A stretch of 64,000 nt of DNA from Ascidiella aspersa. Lineage: Eukaryota. Of this stretch, positions 24,801 through 34,296 are shown one piece after another. Under the pieces are notes generated by a model. The model did not search any database, was not told the DNA's origin, and saw only the letters and a program-made list of their open reading frames with translations. Location: positions 6,324,001-6,388,000 of the forward strand of contig OZ004609.1 in NCBI GenBank assembly GCA_963924565.1, read 5' to 3'. Position 1 is the stretch's first letter. The number at the start of each line of letters is the position of its first letter. The translations under genes and the position numbers were made by a program.

Positions 24801-27800
24801 GGTGGAGACCTGGTCCTTGCTTACCGTGCCCTGGTCCCTATCGCTGTTATAGAAGTGCTTGATCCAGATCACGGCTTGTGAGTTGATGTCCTTTGGGATG
24901 TCAGGGTAGAGCAGAGACAGGTACAGGCGAGCGGCCAGGCCCGAGTACATAGGTTTGCGCAAGTCGACCCACTTTACGTCGCGCCAATCGATGCCGAATC
25001 TCCACTTGATTCCCTGAATCTGCGCGTAGAAAAATAGAGGGTTGCGTTTGGGAACGGATCATGTCTTTAAAAGATCCTAAGTACTTGAGACTTTGGTGCC
25101 CTATATGCGTCATTCAAAAATAATTGAGAGTTTAGTTATGGGTAATTTACTTGATTTCTGTTACGGAAATAGTTCTGCGACCTACAAACATTAACAGCGA
25201 GGTTTAAGATGATAGTTTATATTTCATATATCAAGGGGCCACTATTGAGGTCTTGATCTGTCTAAATCTGACCAACTCAAAAAAAACTTTTTTTTTAATC
25301 AAATCTCAGTTGTGGTACTCGGGGCCTATATGCTACTGTTTCACCACGGAAATGCAATCAGGCTCTACAGTTATGATTTGCGTTTCAGTGCAGCAAATTC
25401 CCATATAAGAAGTACATATGTAAACAACGACTAGGACACGCTAAAACATATCTTGGCTTCATAACCGGAAAACACTATCTTTTGCATTTAAGTAAAAAAA
25501 ATCACAGTCGGGGTTTGGGCAGAGTGTTTTTACAAAAACAGTCGTTTGTTTTGTTAGGCAATGTGATGATTTAGCGAGTATAAAATGTAATATATTTCAT
25601 CAATGACTCACCCGGTTTTGAGTAGATCACAACAAAAAATAAGTTTTTGTTATTCAATCCGCGACTGTGTTATCAAAAACCTAATTTCTATGCTATCAAA
25701 CAAACCTCTGATACCGCGCTATACGATTTGAGCATACCTGCGTTCTTAAATCCGGCGACATTGTTTCATTCAGCATTTCTTCGCTCACGCCCCAAATGCC
25801 ACCGAAAAAATACGGATCATCGTACGTTCCTGGCACAGTTCCTGAAAATGAGGGTAATAGTTTAAAGTATGTACGTTTAATAAATAGAGCTAACTAGATT
25901 ATTGTTTTAAGGTGAATGTATATACTTAGCTATAAGCACCGCTGAAAATTTTCAACCCTTCGAGGCCCTTTCTTAAATAGATTTGCATCCTTTTAGCCAT
26001 TTTATTAAATCGATTGTTTACTCTATATGACCCAAGAACAATTACTTCTTCGAAGTGATTAGCAAAGAAAAAAAAATAGAAAAAATGTTTAGGAGCAGTT
26101 TAGCAATTTTGCTTAGAACACAACAAAAATTGACACGTATCAAATATGTTTACACATAACATAACTTAATAATACTTAAAGAACTACTGATTGTGTAACA
26201 AAAGTTAGGGTGTTTTAACCGTACTAACAGTGGAAAATCCAAGTTGTCCTTTAAGCTTTAAAGGTAAGAAACAGAAGAACACTGTGCGGAAAATTGCAAG
26301 CTGTTGTAAGGAGAAAGGAAAGTCTTTATAAGGGTTTAGGTTTGCTCGGCGACGGGTACACTTTAGTAAGATGTTAGCAGCACGTCTTTAGCACGTCTCA
26401 ACTCCTTGCTACTTGAACAATGGATCAACTCCAACAACTTTATGTTCTAATCATCGCATTTAGTTGGATTGCTTCACCATATTTGCATGTCCAAAATAGT
26501 CAAAAAAAGCATTTTCACAATGTCATTATAAAACCTATGATGTATTAAGAGTAAAGCAATAAGAAAAAGTATAATTGATTCATCAACAGAAAGGTGTTTC
26601 TTTTTTTCATGTTTTAAACTTTGGGTTTTTTACTAGAACCTGCGCTCGAACATTTGATTATGCCTGACACATTTTCACCCGATCCACAGACGTATAGAAG
26701 CTTATGTCCAAAACACGGTACGATTAAGCGAAAAGGGATGTGGTTATAACGCAAGAATGGTCCTTTTTGAAACACTATTAACTTGAAAAACGGGTAGCGC
26801 CATCTGCGATACATATCTCGGGCATCTTAACCACGTTTTTCGTCTTATTTTAAAAGAACTTATTCAAAAATTTTGCATTTCACGCAAATTTATCAACGGT
26901 CGTTTTTTCTGATAAATCCATTTTAAGGATAAAATCACCCTAGAATAAATAATCCTAATCAATTATTAAGGTCGATTTACTAAAAAATACTTTGATATTT
27001 TGTGTTTAGTGTTTCCAAAGGACTTCATGTCTACCAACAGACATGAAGTAATAAAAATATACGTGCAGTAGTATTTAAACTATGTTTCGTAGTTTTTCTT
27101 TGTAGGAGAATGTTAGCTATAAAGGTAAAAACGGCTAATGATTACACGTAATTTTGCATTAAGAAAAATCTTTGCGTAAATATTACAGAATCAACTTTTC
27201 AGACGCCCGTCCAAGAATGAATTTCGTGAATTGCTCAATTCCAACTAGTGTGGCCAATCCGACCGCGCTAACATCAAGGCAATAAATATCACAACAGAGC
27301 AAATTACCGTCTCTCGTTTGAACGTATGCCAAGCGCCGCATAAGCAGAAAATCGTTGGAGAAAACTTGCGACACGTCCAACTTCTGAACGACAGCTTGGA
27401 CCACCTCCGGGCCTGAAATTCAGATTACAATCGCATTTGGACCTGCGACATTTCCACCCCTGAAGGCGAGTGTTAAAACACAGAGTGGTTTTAGTAAACA
27501 ACATTATGAATGAAATGTTAGTTGGCCAATTACGTAAGTCATACTAGCCGCAAAAGTGCGTATGAATCCTTAAAGGTGCGCTAAAACTAGCTTAAGCACC
27601 TGGGTGAAATATAAATTCAAGCAACAGTTTATCAATAAAATCGACCTCCTCATGTCAGCGTTATAAACCAATATGGACAGTATATTCCAAAGACCGCGTT
27701 AAATACTTACTACGAAAAATTACTTAAAATACCAATTAACTTAAAAACAAGCATCATAAAATAGTGACAAGATTACCATAGGTTAACATTAAGTCTATTG

Positions 27801-28033
27801 AAGCCATTATAGCCTATAGGTAAAATAGTAATATTAATCTCAATACTTTCACTAAAAACAATAGGTTGCAATAGTCAGGGAAAATATTACTCTCCAGAAC
27901 CCTAAAAACATAAACACGACAAAGACAAACCTCTTGCGCCAGGCCAGAGCGTGAAATCGATTGGTCCCTCAAAGTAGTAGACTGCATTGGCCGTTCCGAA
28001 CACACAGGACAAGGCAAGGACCAAACGCAACAT
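9681..28033 (-). CDS. Secreted mosaic protein, 17 coding exons, about 1125 aa: signal peptide, lysozyme/transglycosylase-like domain, VWA, beta-sandwich, Thr-rich mucin, pentraxin
   Basis: Exons 28033-27931, 27412-27308, 25841-25738, 25019-24749, 21808-21693, 19877-19765, 18807-18650, 17792-17657, 16652-16567, 15797-15667, 14884-14677, 14411-14358, 14289-13162, 13044-12912, 12060-11945, 11243-11039, 9891-9681. All 16 introns are GT-AG with matching phases; total 3378 nt including 132 N. Confidence 0.88.
10105..10225 (+). mobile_element. tRNA-derived SINE-like fragment in the last intron
   Basis: B-box-like GAGTTCGAACCTC in a T-arm-like stem followed by a TA-rich tail; no complete cloverleaf. 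Confidence 0.45.
10530..10842. mobile_element. Degenerate hAT-type MITE
   Basis: Left end CGGTGGTTCTCAACCGGGGTGCCGC; right end TGCCGC...AAAAAGTTTGCGAAATACTG; flanks match at 5 of 8 positions. Confidence 0.6.
11039..11243 (-). CDS. Exon 16: pentraxin core
   Basis: WTFVCASWDG (pentraxin signature-like), VYVNG, GGSLYLGTDQDCPGG; phase 1 to 2. Confidence 0.92.
11945..12060 (-). CDS. Exon 15: pentraxin (absent from ORF track)
   Basis: FQHAAIFSYAVPEEDNEILFYL contains the pentraxin FSY...DNE motif; phase 2 to 1. Confidence 0.92.
12912..13044 (-). CDS. Exon 14: pentraxin N-terminus
   Basis: CFSDTYQVDFPR...PTMEAFTVCTWIKS (FP...FTVCxW motif); phase 1 to 2. Confidence 0.92.
13162..14289 (-). CDS. Exon 13: Thr-rich mucin-like stalk with (T)n-K/E-A-P repeats; includes N gap 13804-13935
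   Basis: Open frame of TTTTKAP/TTTTEAP repeats between acceptor ttctacag and donor G|GTAAGT; phase 1 to 1. Confidence 0.9.
14358..14411 (-). CDS. Exon 12: 54-nt linker
   Basis: GNHLIRTAEKVEVIEPPE; acceptor ttttag, donor AAG|GT; phase 1 to 1. Confidence 0.75.
14677..14884 (-). CDS. Exon 11: second half of unassigned beta-rich domain
   Basis: ALHAFLLNITNDMAEVFFNP...VQLFLTLTS...VDVTLTQRP; phase 0 to 1. Confidence 0.85.
15667..15797 (-). CDS. Exon 10: first half of unassigned beta-rich domain
   Basis: VFLPGEEKHLKIQVTDKGITLRLETANGSLVMVGSTYITDPND; donor GTAAGT; phase 1 to 0. Confidence 0.88.
16567..16652 (-). CDS. Exon 9: VWA C-terminal helix and closing Cys
   Basis: SLQFVKQVLQSRACTEAARWPP; phase 2 to 1. 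Confidence 0.85.
17657..17792 (-). CDS. Exon 8: VWA domain
   Basis: GINVFAVGV...DELVTIAS...HVF; phase 1 to 2. Confidence 0.93.
18650..18807 (-). CDS. Exon 7: VWA domain (MIDAS Thr and Asp)
   Basis: YKGGTTLTGVAL...GAR...VPRVLIVVTDGQSHD; phase 2 to 1. Confidence 0.95.
19765..19877 (-). CDS. Exon 6: VWA domain
   Basis: IDRNGARVGMAQYSGTPRVEFYL...LLKAIR; phase 0 to 2. Confidence 0.93.
20037..20581. mobile_element. Degenerate foldback/MITE-like element with internal CCTAAC repeats
   Basis: Left arm rich in ATAAGAC/CCTAAA, right arm rich in the complements GTCTTAT/TTTAG; imperfect ends GGAAC...ACACT and AGTGTGTTCC. Confidence 0.5.
21693..21808 (-). CDS. Exon 5: VWA N-terminus with MIDAS DxSxS
   Basis: CAVGKVDLIFLMDGSGSVGFSDFKRAMDFV; phase 1 to 0. 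Confidence 0.95.
21842..22360. mobile_element. hAT-type MITE (CAGTGTTGTAA/GACTT family)
   Basis: Ends CCGTGTTGTA ... TACAACACTG; flanks GATTATAC and GATTATAT (7/8 TSD); internal GACTT(G) repeats. Confidence 0.8.
22903..23140. mobile_element. Degenerate hAT-type MITE
   Basis: GTGGGCCAC motifs at both ends; right end AAAAAGTTAAGAACCCCTG. Confidence 0.55.
24749..25019 (-). CDS. Exon 4: C-terminal half of lysozyme-like domain
   Basis: FGIDWRDVKWVDLRKPMYSGLAARLYL...IP...QAVIWIKHFYN; donor A|GTAAGT gives the phase 1 needed by exon 5. Confidence 0.85.
25738..25841 (-). CDS. Exon 3: lysozyme-like domain
   Basis: GTVPGTYDDPYFFGGIWGVSEEMLNETMSPDLRTQ; acceptor ttttcag, donor CAG|GTATG; phase 1 to 0. 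Confidence 0.85.
27308..27412 (-). CDS. Exon 2: start of lysozyme-like domain
   Basis: GPEVVQAVVQKLDVSQVFSNDFLLMRRLAYVQTRDG; phase 1 to 1. Confidence 0.85.
27931..28033 (-). CDS. Exon 1 (coding): signal peptide
   Basis: MLRLVLALSCVFGTANA|VYYFEGPIDFTLWPGAR: hydrophobic core and A-x-A site; donor AG|GTTTGT phase 1; acceptor-like tttagccag just upstream of the ATG. Confidence 0.85.
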
Positions 28034-29220
28034 CCTGGCTAAATTAACGCACACAGAAAAACAAGCATAAAGTCTATGTCAGTAAACTTAAATAATATGT
28101 ACACACTTGTACCCATGTAACAGGGATCAGCTGCTGTAAACGTTTAAAGCCTGTATTCGATTACATTACGCCAGATAAGATATTTTACGAGCGGCACATA
28201 ATTTAAAACCATTAAAAAAGTTTTTAATTTTGGATTTAAACCTTCTGACTATTTCAGTATATTGCTCTTCGTTATAACTGAACTAACAGATGCTCCAAGC
28301 ATATTTATAGGAGTCTCCACGTAGGCGTTTTGCTTTATAAATATGCCTGTCTGCCTGCCCGATGCTATCTGGCCCGACGATCTTCCAATCTCGAAATGTT
28401 TGTTGTATTAAAAGACACAGTATACTTGCGGCCGGTGCGCCCTGGCGCAACTAGAAGACCAAGCTTCCTATGATGTCTTCAGAAAACCAAACCTTCTAAT
28501 TGGCAAATTGATCAAAATGTCAAAATCTGGGGTAGCCAGATAGTTAATAATGGGTTTTAACACAAATAAAAACGCTTTTCAGATTCCCGCGGAAAGATTT
28601 TTGAGTTAAAATAATATTTTATTCTGGTGTTGTATAGGACATCCATACATCAACTGGTAACCTTTGTTGGCCAGGAATTATACACTATAGTCCAGTTTGT
28701 GCTATCTTTTGATACACCTGTTAAACAAAGGATTAAGTACCAACGATCTAGTCATTAAAAATACAATTGATGTTTTAAGTAGGTATGAAGCTTTCTAACA
28801 ACATAGACTCGGTTGAAATTGAAATAAAAATCATATTTTTATGGATAGATGACTAAACTTTTTTTTCTCAATAGTAAATATATTCCGTTCTTGTTTACTG
28901 AGTTGGAATTTTCTGCAAAAAATGAGCAATTCGAAAAAAATGAAAAAATCAACACAAAGGCTTGAACAGGTATAAAACAACTTCATTTAAAAACACTAAA
29001 TACTTTATTCACGACGAGAAAGACTTAAATTCAATGTTTCTGAAATTTCTTAGTGTTTTTTCAGCATTCCTTGAACTGATAATGCCATTATCGGTGTAAT
29101 TCTGTGTTTAAAATAAAGTCGTTTTTAATCTTTCTGAAATAATGCTTTATTTAATATGCGACCCGATATATATCAACTCATAGGCGCGATATGTTTCTTC
29201 TGACGCGACATTTAACTGAA

Positions 29221-29360
29221 GGAGTGCGACTGTGGTAAAGATGTCGAGCTTTATCGCAAAGGACTGACGTTTGCGAGTGTGGGTTCATCCCATGCCTAAA
29301 GGACGCAAAAATGTCAATTTCTCCAGTAAAAGTTGGCGATGTGGATAACGAGTGAGTTAA
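29221..29360 (+). mobile_element. Possible degenerate tRNA-derived SINE
   Basis: A-box-like TGCGACTGTGGTAAAG and B-box-like GGGTTCATCCC at tRNA-like spacing. Confidence 0.3.
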
Positions 29361-32300
29361 ATGGCCTTTCTAAATATAGGGTCTAGAAGAAAGTGCTTCA
29401 AAATGATACGCTATATATGCTTGTTATTTTGTTCAAGAATTTGCCATTTGATAACAGAAAAGAATAGCAACATTGTATAGAGTCCTAATTTATACAGTTT
29501 TAAGATTGCGATTATTTTCGCTGAACTGTTCATTTTCGTAAATTAGGATTTGTAACTGTTTACAAAACTTACTGAGTTTCAACTCACCTGTATAAATACT
29601 TCGTGCTGCCGTCTTCGACTTAGCTAACTTGTATCAACAGCTTGTAGGATGAATAGGTTTTAGCCAAAGAGTATGAGCCCAAGTTCAAACAACCACAACA
29701 ATAACAGATGCTATCTTAATATACGACGACATTTTGCCATCCTTATCTGCAGGCAACGGCAGTTGTTGAACAAATATTGATCATAAGGTGATAAAAGGCT
29801 GCCATCTTCACCAAACAGTGGATAGTTATTATAGATTGCACACGAAGATAGCTTTGTTAACGTTCTTGGGTTGAATAGGTTGCCCGCTTAAATTATCCTC
29901 GGTAATAGTAAGTTTTTATCGCACAGTCCTATCACGGCTTGTCACGACCTATGTGGCGAAATGCACACGGCTTAAACTTTTCCTTTATACATCATCGAGA
30001 TAACATTCTTCAATTTAGACAGGCGTGTTGTCCAACGTTGCGAAACGTAAACGAATGATTGTCGACGAGAAAATTAGCTTGTTAATAAAAAATTGTCAAA
30101 GACTTTGACGGTTGCAATATGTTAGATAGGCTTGAATACAATAGGTGTAACTGGTATGACTCAAAAGTTCTATTGAGTTTAAAAAATAGCGGATTTAACA
30201 CGGAACAGAATTTCAACATACTTCCATAAAGTACAAAACGGTGTTCATGAAATTTGAAAAAATACAATCAAAATACTTTTCGAATGTGCCGAAAAATGTT
30301 TTATACAATTACATAGATACTAAAAACAACGATTTATTGAACCGTTACCAAACCTTATACTATTAAAAACATGCAAGACGACGAAATAAAGCAATATTTT
30401 GACTAAGTCACATTATTTCGCAAGAACGCTTTGATTTTATAAAACATAAGACTGTTTTGTCCACTGTAAGAATCGATTTACCCAGTGATATTGTTGACAT
30501 TTCAAAGCATACAATATCCTGAAAACGCATTATCGCCAAATAGTAGAACATTTCGAGGCAAGATATTTGATCCACAATCTGTGGTATTTTATATGGATGT
30601 GTAAAAACACGTTTATGCCCATGTGCCAAGTGACAACCATTGAGTGTCAATTTGTAAAGACATGATTACTTTGAACTTTATGAGACAATTAATTTGTCAA
30701 GCAAAAAACGACATTTTACAACACTAAGAGGTTTAACTAAAGTTAGTAACTATAACTTGTTGATTGTTACTGTCAAACAAAATAAAACTTTATTGAAACT
30801 GCTTGCCCAAGTTGAAAACTTCTAAAAAGACCATTATAGTCAGGAGCCATGCAGTGAGCCACCGAAAGATTATTCGGTTTCAATACCTTAATTTGCTTAG
30901 ATCTAACAATTCCTACCAAATATGTTATCATGTATGAAAAGGACATTACCTTTTATACTTTTAATTTTCAACTGCATCACTTTGGAAGTTGATAATGGCA
31001 TTGATTTTACCCTAAGAAATCTTACAGGTTTTTTTACAGAGGAATATTCTGCGGACAGGTCAGATTGGCTAAAACTTGTGTTATAGCTTATTTGCATTAA
31101 CTGAAATCATATAATCTTGACGTGTATTCTTTTTTTAAGTCTTCGATATCATACTGTTTCAGATCTTGATCGATTGAATGGTTAAATTAGCACTCAGTTT
31201 TTTAGGTACAGCAGTATCGTGTGTATTATTGTCCGTAGTACACTTAAAGAGAAACGAAACCGAAATTACGTCGTTATAAAAAGACAAACTTGAAAGAGGG
31301 TGTATAGGTAACAATCTTGACGGGCAGAGCATGTGCTTCTGATTACCGCGCAATCAATTTAAAGCAGCAGGAAATAGAACAGGAAACGAGTGACGCGTTT
31401 TAGCTTTTGCCCGCAACATTACACGTCGCACGGTGGCGCCAAAGGACGAGTAGTATCAAAAATAGAGTTTTACATTCGTAGAAAAGTATACTGTAAAAAC
31501 ATCCGGAAGATGGCAACAGTAACTATAATTCCGATGAATTTTGTTGCGTTATCACAAAAGATAGATTGAAGAAAACAGTTTCTTTTTTGATCGTTAGAAA
31601 GTACAAAACAAAACAAACGGAAACGACAACTTAAAGGGCACATTTTGAAAGAAACGTTGGAACTCGAATAACTACTCTTTCACTATAGCTAGCAGTTTTG
31701 AACAAGTCTTAGAAAAGTATCGCAATCGAATGGCAGATTTTGTCAAGGTAGCGGTAAGTGTTGCACGATTCAAATTAGATTTCGTCACAATGCAATGATC
31801 GGAGTTATCATGTTTATGAAAGCAAAAAACAACCAGTTGACCACTTTGGTAATAAACGTTTCACCTTCGAAATAAGGAGTTGTTGCCGGCCAAAATACCG
31901 TTAGCAAAGTATTGCTAATAATACGAGCAGTTAGCCCTGGTATCAATGTTGTAAATTTACCAAGCGTTTAATATAGCATTGTTTTTGGAGACGAAATATA
32001 TTTTAAACCTATCCAGATAAGGGGAGAGAAATAGCGGAAAAAATTGCAGTAATAAGCGTCAACTCTTTTTTAGGCAAGAACAGTTCAGATTACAAAAAAC
32101 ATAACAAACTGAAAACAAGTAAATAACAGGAACGGACAAACAATGGAAAACAAATCGACAATGAAGATATTACCATTGATGACGTAAGGAACGTATAGTA
32201 CGAACAGAAAAAGAACGTAACATAAACAACAAAAGAGAATTGATGCTGCTTGATCAGCAATAAATATAGAAAAAAAATACTGAACTAAAGAAAAGCATGA

Positions 32301-33766
32301 TGGGGAAAAATAAAGGAAAACTTTTTTCCAACACATTTCTGACTTGGTGAGGCCACACAGAAAGTTAACTCAAGAGGCCTAGAGAAAAAGCTTCCAACAG
32401 CACACAAACATGATTAGGCTGAACGTTATTGCAATTCCTGAATTTTTAGGCAAACAATTTTGGTTTGCCGATGACTAAGCACAGAATTGTCAGAGCAATT
32501 TTAAACTAGGCTGCTTTCTAGTTGTTAATATTTCACGTTGTATTCCCCGTAAAACTGATTATGTTTTTCGTATTCTCATATGTCAAAGGTTTGGTTAGAT
32601 ATTCTAACTTACTACAGACAGGTGGTTTAAAACGCAAACTTATGTCATCTAACCACCAATATGCTATCGCAAGAAGCGGGAAAAACCCACATGTGCCTGA
32701 ACTATTTTCGTGCAATTTCAACCTACATGCGTTGTCAGGACCCCCTGAAAATGCGTTGTCAGGGCCCCCCCTGTTGCAAGCAAACCTGGTGACGATGCTA
32801 TGATTGCCAAAAGCGCGCGCTTACCGCCGCAGCTCACATGAGGTACAAAAAATGACAAATAGGATCAAGAGCGTATAGCAGAACGACCATGGCGAAAACC
32901 ACCCGGCCGCTGAGCCGCTTGTGTATGCAGTGGTGAAGAGTAAATGGCAATAGGCGTCATCACGAGAAACAGTGGAAACAAAAAAAACACAAAAAATACC
33001 ATTACCCTTAGTTTGGCGGCACGCGTTCGCGCTTACCTGCGACAATCGTCGTTACTCCATTGATCGATTGCTTTGATTGCGGCGAAAAGAGGCGGGCGAA
33101 ATTCGATTGCACATTTGCCGATTTTTTTCAAACGAACAAGTGAAGAACTTGAGTAGTAGGGGATTGCGCCGACCGACAGCAGTGAGACTCATATCAAGAA
33201 ACGCTTGTTGTGTTACTGGTTTGGGTTAGGGACTGGCCTTGGCTGGAAAATTGGGATTTGCTTTATTGGAGGGCGAAGTAAGGAGGGTTAAACTCGCAAA
33301 AAATCGGTGGGCAAATCAACCATGGCGCTTTTTGTTAGAGGTGACCCAAGAGAGAGCGCTTAACGCTACTAAGGAACAGGCACGTGTGATACCTTGTATT
33401 TTGTCCCGATGCCAATATTAGATAATTTGAGAAACGCAATTGCCGTACTATACAAAATGTGGTAATTAATAACAAGTTTTTAAAAATATTATTGATATTA
33501 AACGAGATAATTTTTCCAAGTTATTGGAATAAAACTTAGCTTCAGAATCATGTTACCTTGGTGTGTTAAGATTTTAAGGTCTGAAATATTGAACTGTATC
33601 GGTTGCAAACGTTCAGTGGCCAAAAATAATGACTTGAACACCTACATTAATCCCGAACTGGCCGCACTGTTTACCCAGTATCGGACGTGCACTGATATAT
33701 CCACATAGCATCGAGTATCGGCTCCCATCCAATATTATCAGACGACCTTACTGAGGACTTATATTA

Positions 33767-34296
33767 TCACCGTGTCCCATCCTTATGCAAACTTAAGGAG
33801 GCGGTCCCTAATGATCGCTTAAACCTTTGGCGCAAAACGCGAAGCAGTCGACGCGAAAGGGATTTCCGCAATCTTCCTTTATCCGGGAGGCGGCGGGATG
33901 ACTTCGACGAAGATGAAGAGGACAAACTTCGCTCTTCATTAGAAGAAGATAAGGCGTTGGACTGTTGTAGAGGAGCGTCCTCTATTGAACGGCTAACTCG
34001 CTTTTCGGCTTTGTTAGTTTTTCCTCTCGACCCTTTGCGTTCTCGCCTTCTCTTCTTGCACTTCTTGCGCTTTCGGCTCTTCTTCGACTTGCATCGCTTC
34101 TTCTTCTTCTTTTTCTTCTTTTTCTTTTTCTTCCTCCTGCGACACTTCCGGCCTTTGCCGTTCTTCCTGCACTTTCTCCGTTTCCGTCTTTTGTTCTTCG
34201 TCTTCGTTTTGTCGCTGCTCTGCGAGACTTTGGAGGTTCCGGACTTCGTGGGTGAAGGTGTTACTGCTAGAATATCTCGTGTAGTGGCCAGGGAAC
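33767..34296 (-). CDS. FGF: FGF last exon: Ser/Thr linker, Lys/Arg/Cys tract, basic tail (frame absent from ORF track)
   Basis: Acceptor ttcacag, phase 1; open to TGA 33769-33767; encodes KRRKRRKCRKNGKGRKCRRRKKKKKKKKKKRCKSKK. Confidence 0.82.

Noticed and set aside
27413-27459. Alternative upstream acceptor (cttcag at 27460) for exon 2
   Set aside because: Introduces an in-frame TGA; the acceptor before 27412 keeps frame and phase.
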